Of a stretch of 64,000 bases of DNA, positions 25,314-38,620 are shown piece after piece. The translations under genes were made by a program, and so were the position numbers. The stretch's first letter is position 1; every line of letters starts with the position of its first letter. The stretch comes from Lytechinus pictus. Its lineage: Eukaryota. The stretch spans positions 21,702,001 through 21,766,000 of the forward strand of contig NC_087250.1 in assembly GCF_037042905.1 (NCBI RefSeq), written 5' to 3'. The notes beneath the pieces are model-generated. The model ran no database searches. It saw only the letters and a program-made list of their open reading frames with translations, and was not told the origin of the DNA.

Positions 25314-25770
25314 GGTCTACATCTTTTAAAAGAGATGATCAGATGGCAAGATCTTGCCACCTGATCGTCTCTTCTAAAAGATGTAGACAGGACGAGATCC
25401 AAGATCTTGTCATCTGATCATCTCTTCTAAAAGATGTAGACATGACGATATCCAAGATCTTTCCATCTGATCATCTCTCACATCGAATGTAGACATGACG
25501 AGATTCAAGATCTTGCCATCTGATCATCTCTCACATCGGATGTAGACATGACGAGATCCAAGATCTTGCCATCTGATCATCTTTTTTAAAAGATGTAGAC
25601 ATGACGAGATCCAAGATATTGTCGTCTGATATCTCTTTCACGGGATGAAGACATGACGAGATCTAAGATATGTCATCTGATCATCTTTCCCACGGTTGTA
25701 GACATGACGAGATCCGAGATCTCGTCATCTTATTCTTTTCCCTGGGAGATAAAGTCATGACGAGATGATT
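25314..25770. repeat. Minisatellite of about 52 bp with an inverted first unit
   Basis: GATGTAGACATGACGAGATCCAAGATCTTGCCATCTGATCATCTC repeated about 8 times. Confidence 0.85.
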
Positions 25771-26431
25771 ATATGAACATCTGGGTGGTACTTTTAAAGC
25801 TTCCATATAAAGCTTTTGGATTCCTTCAAGTTTTGATATATCTATACGGACGTACGTCATTCTAATTACTCTGAAGTAATCGCAACCAGCTCATCTGCTG
25901 ATCTATATTCTGGTGCATGGTAATTCTTTTCTATGGAACAATTAGTAGATCAATGACCCCCCCCCCCCATTGTCCTGCATCAGAATCCTTCGATGTAGTT
26001 TAAACGTGATCATCTTATGAACATTGGATAGGCCTATAGTCCCTGCATTGCACCATAATAATGATTTAACATGAACGAAGTATACTCGGGACATATTTCA
26101 CAACAAACTTAAAATGGCGCTTATGATTATAAAGACTACTGTGCTGTTGCCGTTGCTTACTGCTTGGATCAGGAAGATTTCTACGCCCCGTCTTACAAAG
26201 AGTTATGATTGATCCAATCAATCTCAACTGTTTGGAAATCCATAATATAATCTTTTCACAGGAATCTTTAGTAAACAAAGGGAATCACACAGATTCTTCA
26301 AGATAACGATGAATGTATGAATATACATCATATCTATATTTTGAACAAATTTGCATTTCAGATGTTGACGTTGCTCGCTATCCGTAGTTGTGGTTGATCG
26401 GATCAATCGAAACTCTTTGTAAGATGGGGCT

Positions 26432-29000
26432 ATGGAGAGCTCGTATTCCCAATGGTAACCATAAAAAAGCGAGTGTATCAACTGAAATCATAACGGAGAT
26501 TACTGATCAAACCACGACGGAACCTATATGAGCAAAGAACCTGAAGTTACAAGGGGATCTGATAGCACTGAAAAGGATAGTAGGTCCTACAATTATTGTT
26601 TTAATAGCACCATGCATAATCCTATACTAGAAGAGTACCATGTGACACAAGGTAATCTATCGGCATTCGAGTAGTTTAACCGATGCCATAATGGGATCTA
26701 CCATCACTCAACCAGATGTTCCAACATGTCCAATGGGATCTGATAGCCTGATACCAGAAAGCACAATGGGAAGTACTAATTACCTAAAACTTTCACCATC
26801 AAAGACATTGACAACAGATACAGAAACATCCACATATATCACTTCAGCCTTGACCAGCATGGAGAGAAATTCGGCATCACCACTTGAAAGTAATTCCCCT
26901 TCTCCATTTACAAAGAACCAAACAAGTGAAGGTTTCCCAACAGAGAATTCTGAATTCACCAGTCGTGAAAATGTAAAAACATATCCCCATTTGACATCAT
27001 CTATCTGGATAGTACGTCTACGTGTCAGTCAGGGACGTCATTGAAGATGCCAGTTTCTACCAGATCAAGACAGAACCTTATGGGCAAAGACAGGATCGTC
27101 TAAAGTCAGAACTTCACTTCCAAGGACAGGTTATTTTCAGACTGAGTCCCATGTGATGACTGGACACCTAGTCACTACGAGGAATGGATATTCTACAACA
27201 GCAATACCTTCAGGTGAGTTCTGGGCTATACGGCTAGATCGATGTTACCATAGATGATACCTCTGCAAATCTATGGGATAGCAACCTTGAATTTGAAGAT
27301 TTGTTAGGAGCAACAAGGGGCAACAATGGGCTAGAAAAGCAGTGTAGTATACAAACTTAAAAGCCCAATATGAAAACGACTTAGCAATTAAAGTATATTA
27401 CCTCAGTCAGATCTAGTCAATATATTAATTGACACGATATCTGGGCCCCGTCGTACAAAGAGTTACCATTGATCCAACCACAACTATGGAAAGTCAGCCG
27501 CGCCAACATCTGAAATGCATGTTTGTTCAAAATATTTTCTAGATATGATGTATCCTCATGGATTCATCATTGTCTTGACGTGCTCGTTTTTGTTTACAAA
27601 AGGAATTTGTGCAAAATTTCTGTAGGAAAATTATGACAATGATGGATTCCCATATAGCTGTGGTTGATCGATATATGGTAACTCTTTGTAAGATGGGACC
27701 CAGATCTGAATATATATGCAGATTACAAATGATTCTGATTAGTATGGAACTTAATGTTACAGATATCAACAGACATGACAGACTTGCTTGCATTTTGAAG
27801 CTAAAGCATCCCTGGCCACTAAGCACATGAGGTGCAATGGTCATCAATCTTTTTTAGACGGGACCCTGGTATATATTCTCTCAGTCTGCAACAGAAGATC
27901 CATCTGTATAGAGCAACTCAACATTCATCACACTCTTCTCTCTTGCTGCATCAATGATCTTCTTGAGGATGATCATGCTGGTTTTATGCTGAATCATTTG
28001 CCGCCAGATGGGGATGCCTCCAAACTGGAGGCATACAACCAACGGTTCATCTTACTTCAGATGCATGGTCTCCGTCGTGTGGGACCAAGCCCTTCTTGGT
28101 GCCAGAAGACAACCTTCAAAGACTTCCCAAAGAGTGAGGTGCTAAGGGAATCAGAGCAGAACTGGAATGAGAGAGAAACGCATGAACGAGGAATACCCGT
28201 CATCGCTTAGATTTAGGCGGTGCCAAACTATCTTCTTTTCCTTGTGGAACAACACCTCGGGATTCTTAGGGGACCAGTTCAATCTCACAAGACTTTCCGA
28301 AGAGTGGGATGAAGATGGAATAACAGAGCAGAAATGGGATGAGAGATCAGCATAGATGAGGTATATATGTCATTGCCTGGCTTTAAGAAGTCTAGGATCA
28401 TCCTAGAAACAAACCGTTTCATGAGGGAACAAGCCCCTGGGGATTCTTAGGTTAACAGCCTAACCTTCCAAGAGGGAATACGTAATAGAGCAGAACTGGG
28501 ACGAGAGAGAAATGCAGAGACGAAGAATACCTGTCATCGCCTGGCTTTCAAAAGTCTAGGATCATCCAAGAAACCATCCACTTCATGAGAAAACAATCCC
28601 TTGGAATTCTTAGCAGACCAGTCCAAAATTCCAAGACTTTCCGAAGGGTGAGATGGACAGGGAGAACATAACAGAGTAGGAATGGGAAAAGAGATACACA
28701 GACATGGGCCCTGCCTTACAAAGAGTTACGATTGATCAAATCGACCACAAATATGGAAAATCAGCAACGTTATCTAAAAAGCATGATTGTTCAACATATT
28801 TTTTTAGATATGATGTCCATTCATAAATTCAAAATTTTGTTGCCAATTTCGTACTTATCATTGTTTACAAAGGACATTGTGCAACTTTCCTGAGGAAAAA
28901 CTTAGGACATTGATGGATTTGCATATACTTGAGTTTGATCAAATCAACCACAGTTCTTTGTAAGGCAAGCCCAGGAATACGTTTCATCGCTCAGCCTTTT
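26432..29000 (+). pseudogene. Probable decayed type-I membrane mucin-like protein gene (S/T-rich stalk, TM segment, repeated cytoplasmic units)
   Basis: S/T/P-rich frame 26691-27044 with broken flanking frames; donor CAG|gtgagt after 27213. From 27885 the frame reads SATEDPSV*SNSTFITLFSLAASMIFLRMIMLVLC*IICRQ (hydrophobic run, two stops). About four degenerate 160-190 bp repeats at 28110-29000, one interrupted by a MITE. Confidence 0.5.
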
Positions 29001-31170
29001 TAACTCTCGAAACCCTGAGAAACAACCTTCACTTTTTGGGGAACCCAGGCCCTTGGGAGGTCAGCAGACAACTTTTCAAGACTGTATGGCAATATAGGGA
29101 CATAATGGGGCATTGCAAGAAACTAGCTGGCCTGCATCGTGAAGTCTTACCCTGTGCAAAACTTATATAAAGCCAGAACGTCAAAACCCAGACTTCAGTG
29201 ACCACCTTCAAGGGCAAACTTGAAAACATACTTGAGAGTGCTTTTCGATAGACATGGAGGTATTGTTCAGACATGTATTATATGTAAATAGTTTATGTTG
29301 TTCTGCTCTGAAGCGCCTTGAGCATCTAATCAAGATGGAAGGTGCACTATACAAATCTCATGTATTATTATGATTGATCCAGTAAACTTGAAAATATTAG
29401 TCAGTCAGTTATAGATCATGTACTGGAACTGGTGACTGGTGTTCAGTTCCCTCATAAAGCCAACAGTGGATGGTGAAATGTCGCAACTGTTGTAAGTTTC
29501 TTCATAGAAATTTTCAATCAATTCCAGTACATGATAAGTAATACTTTAATATTGTTTCTTATTCATATTAAATATAACCACCATGAAAATTTCACATCAC
29601 ACAATACATAAGACATATTGGTCATCAACAAGCTTGATTCCTATCTCAAATAATATACTGTATTTCATAAAACTATACTTACATTACACATACATGTACA
29701 GTATATATTAATGTAAAACTACTTGCATGTACATGTACATTATATTTCATTACAATAAAAAAACAATGCATTCCATTTACATGCAATACTACATCCTTTT
29801 CAGAAGAAAAGGATGTATACAGGAGGAAGCATTTATGTACGATGCAGGTACATTATGTAGTTCAATTAATGTTTTGTTCATATTATGTTCGGAACCTGCC
29901 GAAAAAAAATTAAAAAGCAATGCACTTCAAAATGTTAAAAAGGTCTGATTTGTCTGATGTTAGCATACTATATAAATTCGGTGACACAACCTGTGACAAT
30001 TGCTTAATATCTCAGAAGGCATAGGGTTAGAGTTAGGATTGTAAAAGTTTTTGGTTCAGAATAATGTAAAGATAAGGATTAGGGTTTATTTAGTTTTGGA
30101 GGTTAGGTTTTATGTTTCGCTTAATGTGCACCTTTTCCATTGGAGCAATTGTCGCCGGAGCGAAAGTCATGGAACCATAAATTCACAATAATGAAAATGA
30201 CAACGAAGGGATTCGTCATGCAAAGTGTTCTGATCGATCCAATTAGCTTAAACTATGGAAAGCAATGAATGTCATAATTAATTGTATAAAAATTTATTAT
30301 TTGGCCCTTTGTAAACAAAGAGGAGTATATTGAATTGTCAAGACAATAAGCCACAGGGTAAAAACACGGTTTAAAATTTTATACAATACTGTTCACTGTA
30401 TGAACCTTACACAAATATTGCTTTATTCATTGCGAATTAAATATTAAAATACAAACTTTGCTGTTTAAGATTCTAAACATTTGTTGATAACATTTAAACA
30501 AATCCTATGCTTAATCTATTGCGAATTAAAAATCAAACTCTGTTTCAGAGAAGTTCTTTAATTAATGCTTAATTTATTGAAAATTAAATATTAAAATTCA
30601 AACTTTGCTGTTTAAGATTTTAAACACTTGTTATTAACCTTTAAACAACTCCTACGCTTAATCTATTGCAAATTAAAAATCAAAATCTATTTCAGATTTA
30701 AACACTTGTTTAAAACATTTAAACAACTCCTTCAAGGTTCATTTAGTAAACAAGTGTTGTATAAAAAAAATAAACAGCATTTTTACTGTGTATGAATGAA
30801 TATTGGTCACACTTTGAACACACAGATGCATTTTAGATGACATTGATAGCTTTCCATAGTTGTGTTTGAGAGTATCAATCATAACGCTTTGTAAGACAGA
30901 GCCGAGGCTTGATCTATTTGAATGTTCATGTCTGTATTTTGTCAAATCTTTCAGCGTCCTCTGAATTTAATTCCCATTGAGTAAAATCAATTTAAAGCAG
31001 TGACAATTGACTTAGTAATCTTGCAAGTAAAATTGAATGGTTGTGGCATTTTGAAATTCAACAGATCAACAGTGACATGCATATTAACACACATTTACAT
31101 TTTTTTCATATAACAAGTCAAACCCCACCCATCCCCCACTTCTACATACATCCTAGGGATACCTATTTCA

Positions 31171-31328
31171 GGGGAGTGTTTCATCAACATTTTCATCCGA
31201 CAAGTTGTCAGATCTGACATCTTTATCTGATGTTGATTGGCTGAGAGGTACTGTTACTATGGTGACTGTCGGATAAAATGGGACTTGTTGGATAAAACGT
31301 CCGACAAGTACTTTCATGAAACGCCCCC
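31171..31328. mobile_element. Small Harbinger-like MITE (partial relative at about 1350-1470)
   Basis: CAG|GGGAGTGTTTCAT...ATGAAACGCCCCC|CAG. Confidence 0.65.
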
Positions 31329-31981
31329 CAGGTGCATCAAACTAATCATCATTATATGTTTTATAATGTGTAATTAACAAGCCATCCACATTATTAACCC
31401 TAAAAATTCTTTCTAAATTTGTTGATTTCTATTTACATTGTTAATATACTATTACATTGTTAATATACTAAGACCCTCCGTTTTACCTTAAAATACAATT
31501 GTCATACTAGGTAATTTTATTTATTGAATTGTGTTCCTTAAATCTAAGATTATGTTATGTATATTTTATTACGTCTTGCATTATTTTCGACCTTGTTTTG
31601 TTATACTTATCATGCCTATGTTGTGAAACGGAAATCAATAAATCAAATCAAACAAACTATAATAAATTTGCAATTTATCCAACGATACATGTACATGTTG
31701 AAGCAGAAAATAAAAGACAATGAAGCCCTGCATATAAAATGTGAAAGATTTAGTAGAATAGAACATTACAAAATGTAAATAAAAATTAGATCGTTTGAAA
31801 ATAAATACATTTGAGATTTTTTTCTGAACTCCTGGCACGTTGAAACAATTTTGAGGTGATAATAATGACAATTGTTTCCATGTTATTTTCTTTGAATCAA
31901 GATTTCATAGTGCACCAATGATACTAATAATTATTATATAGATGTTGTCCAAAAACTTTTGCCATTTATTAGCTTCTTTAA

Positions 31982-34267
31982 AGGACAAGTTCACCCTAAC
32001 AAAAAGATGTGAATAAAAAGAGAAAAATCCAACAAGCATGACACTGAAAATTTCATCAAAATCGGATGTAAAATAAGAAAGTTATGACATTTTAAAGTTT
32101 TGCTTAATTTCACAATTTAACAGTTATATTAGGAGTGGGCTATACATAGGTCAAAAATACTTTTTTTGTCATTTTAATATGGCAACAGTTTTTAGTTATT
32201 CCTTGTAATGTATCTCAACATGAAATGACAATATTTTTTGTCTCGGTGTGCCGGGCCAAAATCCAAAATTGCCGCCAAAACCCCCCCAAATCACAGTTTT
32301 GGCCATATCTTCTTTATTTGGTGGTCTTTTTCTCTGGTTTTGGTGTCCATTCATATGTTTTGGGGGGCAGGCAATTTGTTTTACCTGAAATGAGTACTTA
32401 AAAACCATTATTTGTAGAGTTAAACTGTGATTTTACCTAAATTTACACATTTTTAGACCCGTTTTTCAGCCAAAAATTAGGTTTCATCATCTTGTGGTTC
32501 TTGGATATTGGACGATACGAGTTCCACAATAGCAAGTAGTTTCATATAGCTATATTGCTCTTATTCCTCTACTTTGGGTTTTACGGATATTTGCGAAAAA
32601 TAATTTTAAAAAATGTTATTCATCCATAGGGGCTATACAGTATACATTGTATTGTACATACATACTGCACTGCATACATGTATGTCCATGCATGGACCAC
32701 CATGACAAGGTCTGTATATAATAAACTATAGTGTCATAGAAATGAGCTATTGAGAAATTGAAGATACTGTATGATTTGTCTGAGAAATTGAAGACATGTT
32801 TTGTAAATTATGCTCATTCAGGGGGTGGAGAGAGGAAAATATCATTAACAATGGATTATAGTCAACCCCACATTATGGCACTTACACTGGGGCTATTATG
32901 GTAACTTTGCCATCCAATGGTAACTTGCATGGGATCCTTGATTCTGATTGGTCGTTGATCAGCATTACCATGGTATCTACCTGACCCCATAAACATAGGG
33001 TTAGACCACCAGGTAAAAACAAGCCTCCTAATGAAGAAGATATGGCTAAAAATGTGATGTACGTACATGTATGTGATGTATGTACATGTACATGATGCTT
33101 ATGTGAAATTTATGTTTATCATCGGGTTACATCATGTGCATCAGCTAACAAGCAATCAAATTCACAAGTCACAATCTAATTCTACACCTCAGGAGCTCAC
33201 TACTATAACACTATAGTTTATATACAGGACTTGTTATGTCATGCTGGTCAATGCATGGATATATGCAGTGTACAGTAGTATGTACAGTACATTGTATACT
33301 GTACAGCCCCTATGGATAAATGACATTTTATTTTATTTGATAAGATGTAGGCCCTATTTCACAAATATCCGCCAACCCAATTTAGAGGAATAAAAGCAAT
33401 ATAGCTATATAAAGCTGCTTACTACTGGTCAACTAGTATCATCTGATATCTAAGAACCACGAGACGATGGAACCTAATTTTGGGCTGAAAAAAAGGGTCT
33501 AAAAATTGGTAAATTTAAGTAAAATCACCTCTTAACTCTACAAATGGTTTAAAAGTACTACTTTTAAGAAAAACAAATTGCCTGCCCCCAAAAACATATG
33601 AATAGACACCAAAACCAGAGAAAAGACCACCAAATAAAGAAGTTGTGGCCAAAATTGTAATTTTGGGGGGTTTTGGCGGCCATTTTGGATTTTGGCCCGG
33701 CACACTTTTTTCTCGGACCTGAGACAAAAAATATTGTCATTTCATGTTGAGATAAGGTAAAAGGAATACAAAAAAACTGTTAACACAGTAAAACCAAAAA
33801 TCACCCATTTATAGCCCACTCCTAGTTATATGCACATCCTGGTCGGTATGCAAATGAGGAAAGTGATAACATCACTCACTCATATCTTATTATATGAAAT
33901 ATTTTAATTTTCTCCTCATTGTCCTGTGAAACAAAGTTTTATTTCTCCCTGAACACGTTGAATTACCATTGCTTAACATTTTATGGTTCAGTCAAGTTGG
34001 TCCTTATTGTCAAATCTGCAAAAATTGAAATAATGTATAATTAAAACAAGAAAAAACAAAAGACATATTGAGTGAGGGACATCATCGATTCTCTCATTTG
34101 CATGTGACTAAATTGTGCATATAACTATTTTGTGAAAAATAAGCGAAACTTTAAACTGTCATATTTTTCTTATTTTACATCTGATTTTGATGAAATTTTC
34201 AGCATTATGCTTGTCTGATTTTTCTCTTTTGATTCAAATCAACATTTTTCTGAGGTGGACTTGACCT
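31982..34267. mobile_element. Kolobok/T2-like MITE split by a foldback insertion
   Basis: TTAA|AGGACAAGT...ACTTGACCT|TTAA. Confidence 0.8.
32130..33824. mobile_element. Foldback hAT-like element with arms of about 600 bp and 7-bp TSD
   Basis: GTTATAT|TAGGAGTGGGCTATA...TATAGCCCACTCCTA|GTTATAT. Confidence 0.8.
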
Positions 34268-35114
34268 TTAATATGAAGTTAGTGGAGAAAACTAATTATT
34301 ACGATTGTTGAATTTCATTGTACGAATGTGCGAAATTGCAACATCAGCATGCAAAGGGTTACATGTAATTCTTACTGAAAACCTGAACAAGAACATTTCA
34401 GTATTCTGGGGAGGAAATCAGTATTTTCAAAGAAATACCGTAGGACAACACATAAAACTGTAACTTTATAAATCAGTATTCTTCTCAATTTTCAGTACTA
34501 CATACAGAAAATCAGGGCCCCAGTCTTACAAAGAGTTATGATTGATCTAATCGATCGTAGCTCTATGGAATCCATCAGTGTCATATTTTTTTCCACAGGA
34601 AATTTGTAAAATGTCCTTTTGTACACAAAGGAGAACACACCAAATTGTCAAGAAACCGATGAATTCATGTAATTTACGTCATATCTAAAAAACATTTTGA
34701 ACGTTCATGCATTCTAGATGTTGACGTTGCTGGCCATCCATAGTTGAGATTGATCCTATCGATCGCAACTCTTTGAAAGACAAGGCCTAGAACTATAGAA
34801 AGCCAGCAATCCCCACACCGAAAATGCATAGGTCAGTCCAAAATATTCTCTAAATATGATTCATATTCATGCATGCATCGTTGACTTGATAATTCAATAT
34901 GTTCCTCTTTATTGTCAAATGGACATCGTGAATATTTCATTTATGAATAATTCTGACCTCTATGGCTTTCCATAGTTCATCGGATCGATCATAACGCTGT
35001 GTAAGATGGGGCCAAGGTATGGCATTTAAGTATCCGTACCATTACACATTGGCATCAATCTGTGACGTCATACTATTCAATTGGGGGGGGGATGAAACAA
35101 CAGATCGCCCCCCT

Positions 35115-35412
35115 GCTATTACTATACATGCTTGTAAAAATATTGATCTTTAGCTTGAATATTCCACCATTCTATATAACAAATGATACACAGGTTTGTT
35201 CGTGCATCAGTAGGTTTTGTGAGCATAAGGTAACTATGGAACTGTTAAACCCATAAGGCTGCGCCTCATGGTTTTAGACAACATGTAGTTTCCATAGTTA
35301 CCGCTTGCTCACTAGTCCTACTGATGCACGAACAAACCTGTGTATTATTTTTTTATAGAATGGTGGAATATTTAAGCTAAAAATCAATATCTTTATAACC
35401 ATGCATAATAAT
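35115..35412. repeat. Imperfect palindrome of about 300 bp, Crypton-like terminus
   Basis: Arms pair around AGGCTGCGCCT at about 35256-35266. Confidence 0.65.
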
Positions 35413-35765
35413 AGTGATACTAATCCGCTTTTATATAGTACATTGGAATGACGTGTCTAAGCGCTTTACAGGTATGTTATTACCGCGGTCATTGGATTCA
35501 ATCAGTCACTCCTGCACACAATGTGCGCACATCCTCCACTCCCTGGGTAGAATTCCAGTCAGTCGCCAGTGAGGCGCTCACAGTACTGGACAAGCTACAA
35601 TGACTTTCACATCCTAGTGGGGTTCGGGTACCCATTCAGCACCTGGGTCGAAAGTGGCAAAGTGTGGATCAACGCCTTGCCAAAGGACGCCAGACCTCGG
35701 ATGGAATTCGAACACACGACCCTCTGTTTACAAGGCGAGAGTCAAAACCAGTACACCACAGCTCC
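35405..35765 (-). mobile_element. tRNA-derived SINE
   Basis: Minus-strand tRNA head GGAGCTGTGGTGTACTGG...GTTCGAATTCC; body GACCCAGGTGCTGAATGGGTACCC; L2-like tail GTAAAGCGCTTAG and (ATT)n. Confidence 0.75.
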
Positions 35766-36179
35766 TACGTAATTACCGATGCATTACTGGCCATGCATCA
35801 GGTACATGTAACTTTGCCACGCATAAGCAATTACCGGACGTATAGCAAATTTACCAGATGCTGGCTGGCCATGCAATGGTACATGTAATTACTTATGCAT
35901 GATACCCATTCCATAATATTACTTTACAGATGCTCGTCGTTGTTACAGACTTTCAGCAATTGATATTTTGCCTGAAAGCCTCCCACTGGCGCCCGAGGTA
36001 GATAACAATCCACAGAATTTAAATTGTGCCATATTTCTGTTCAAAATAGTCAAAGGCTCATCCAATCAAAGTTAGTTACCACTACACATCTGCTGAAATA
36101 AGTGAGTTTGAGGGTTGATTTTAAGAGTTCAATGTCAATTTTACCGAGCAAAGAAGTCATACAAGTAACATATAAACTG

Positions 36180-36710
36180 AGAGAACTGGCATTTTTTCAT
36201 TGCTCCACTACGAGGAAAAAAAGGTTTCTCAACTGGAAAGTCCCTCAACGTCAAACTGGCTTGTTTGTTGATTCAGCCATTGGCATGTAGCTTGAAAGCC
36301 TGACACTAGTGCCAGAGTTTTCTTAAATATAAGTAAAATAATAGTGCATGCATGCAGTTTTCCATTGCTCTACTATGAGTAAAAAAATGATTATCGATTG
36401 AAGAGTCCCTGAACGTCAAATTGGCTTGCCTGCTGATTCAGCTGTTAGCATTTAAAGTATCCTGCCACTCGTCCCAGAGTTTGATCTCATACAAGAACCG
36501 TGTGCACATGCAGTGTTTCATCACTACGAATAGAACAAGGAGCAACGTCAAACTGGCTTGTCTGCTTGCCTGAAATCCTGTTACTAGTGCCCGAGTTTTC
36601 TTAAATACAAGTAAAATAACAATGCAGTTTCTCATTGCTCCACTACGAGTAATAAAAAAGCTTATCAACTAGAAAGTCCCTGAACGTCAAACAGGCTTGC
36701 TTGCTGAATC
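36180..36710 (-). repeat. Degenerate tandem repeat covering the HSDL1 stop codon and 3' UTR
   Basis: AACGTCAAA(C/T)(T/A)GGCTTG anchors near 36247, 36412, 36544 and 36683. Confidence 0.8.
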
Positions 36711-36863
36711 GACGGTAGGAGATTTCCCTGCTAACCTGCCCCTCGAGCTGGACTTCACCACCTTCAGCTTCCTCCTGACCTCGTATTGCCGTCTGAGGGC
36801 GCTGTTTAGAATGTTTGCGCCCCACAACCAGACGTCCCTGGGAATCTGCCTCGCAATCCATGA
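36687..36863 (-). CDS. HSDL1: HSDL1-like exon 7 (last coding exon)
   Basis: Acceptor follows a (CT)n tract. Reads SWIARQIPRDVWLWGANILNSALRRQ...SKPV*; the P..W.WGA.ILN..LR pattern is HSDL1-like. The seven exons sum to 1071 nt = 356 aa plus stop. Confidence 0.88.
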   Translation of the reverse strand, partial: SWIARQIPRDVWLWGANILNSALRRQYEVRRKLKVVKSSSRGRLAGKSPTVDSASKPV

Positions 36864-38192
36864 CTAACGAGGAGAGAGATGGAGAAAGGTAGAGAGAGAG
36901 AGGAATTGAGAGGGAGAGAGGAAAGAGAGAGATCAATTACTAGGGGTAGATTCTTTCAGTTTATAACTTTACGGTTACAGATATTAAAATTATGCTAATT
37001 ATGGTAACTACAAGGCTCAACAATCGGCATTAAACTAAGAATAAGGGTTTGTTGGACAGTTAACCCATAGCCTGCTGCAACCGGACAATTCCTGAAATAA
37101 AGTCTATGGGAATCTCATAGATTCAGTAGTTAATAGGTTAATCTTGTAACCACATTTTACCTTTACTAAAATTGAATGCCACTCCAATTCCAATCCAATT
37201 ATTCGTCCCGAAGTGAGATGCCCTCTTTGTAGAGAGTAACATTTGGATTGAAATACATTGAGTAGGGATGCCAATTGGAATTGATCAGAGGGCCTGAAAA
37301 TCACCTAGAATACAATATTTTGTACACAAAAATGCTAAAGCTATGGCCTGAAAATAAAGTGCCAGAGCCTGAATTCAGGCTTTTGCCTGAAAACTGACAT
37401 CCCTGATTGAGTTAGACCACAGATCATTGTATTTCAAATTTACATGTACTCAGAAAAAATTTGGTTCTTTGGTTATAGCTAAAGCGAATATGGGACTGAA
37501 AGAGGCATAAACACCAGAGGAGGGGGGGGGGGGTACTCATATCTGAACTGAAGTTGATAGGGGCTTAAGAACTAGAATGGTGTTCTGCAAATGAGGGCGC
37601 TTAGGAAACTGGAATTTAACATGAAATGGGGGTCCTCGAGAACAGACAGCTAAAATGAGGGGCCCTAGAACAGGGAAGTTAATTAAGGATATGCTTGGGA
37701 ACTACGAGCAAGGCGTGAATAGGGAGGGGGTCACTGCCATTATATGTGAAAGCCCCCACCCCTTCCCTCTGGGTAAATCTGGTAAATTGCCAATTCCTTT
37801 AAGGTCAACTCGTCCACTCATCACATAGTCTACCTTCATTTATTTCAATAACAATCTGTCCATCAACATTTCATCTAAAAACCATTTGGTCCAATCATCA
37901 CTTTGTCTAATCAACAGCTCGTCTATGACCCTTTTGTCTCATAAACAGTTGGTCCAATATCCATTTTATTTTCATTCATTTCGCCCAATCAACACTTAGT
38001 CCGATTAGACCAAATCCTATATGGACTAAATGGCAATTGGACCAACTGGTTATTAGACAAAATGGTATGTGGACAAAATGGCAATCAGACCGTGTGGATA
38101 GAGGATGAACTGATGGAAGACAAAATTATGATTGACAAGTTGGTAATTGGACGAATTAGATCAACTGAAAATAAACCGTTAAAGTCACATAC

Positions 38193-38420
38193 CTGTACAG
38201 CATGAGGCCAGTACCCCGCTGTCCTGTTAGCAATGCCAATACTAGCTACTGCATTCTTAGCATAGACATCGGCCGATGGGATTAGAAAACGAGATCTGGG
38301 CATGGTCTCGCCGAAGTCAGCCATCTTGGTTGCTACGTACGACGGGAGGAGAGTCTGAACGATGATTCCATGATTTCTGTATTCGTACTCCAGCGCTTGG
38401 GAGAATACATCTAGGTATGT
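38193..38420 (-). CDS. HSDL1: HSDL1-like exon 6
   Basis: cag|...|gtatgt, 228 nt; TYLDVFSQALEYEYRNHGIIVQTLLPSYVATKM...TAGYWPHAVQ. Confidence 0.92.
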
Positions 38421-38422
38421 CT

Positions 38423-38620
38423 GTAATGATAATAATAAGGGTGATAATAATAACGATGCTAATAATAATAATGATAATAGCAATTACTATAACAATAATT
38501 ATGATGACGAAGATGATGATGATGATGAATATCATATTTACAATTATCGTCTTCATCATCATCATTATTTTCATTATCATCATTATCACATTATCATTAT
38601 TTCTATAATTATTATCATTA
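38423..38620. repeat. (ATA/ATG/ATC)n compound microsatellite
   Basis: Trinucleotide runs abutting the exon 6 acceptor. Confidence 0.9.

Noticed and set aside
25314..25770. CRISPR-like array (also the 58.9-62.6 kb arrays)
   Set aside because: Whole units repeat with no unique spacers; eukaryotic context, no cas genes.
36643..36936. 97-aa minus-strand ORF as the HSDL1 last exon
   Set aside because: The HSDL1-like peptide and the correct splice phase are in a different frame (36863-36687).
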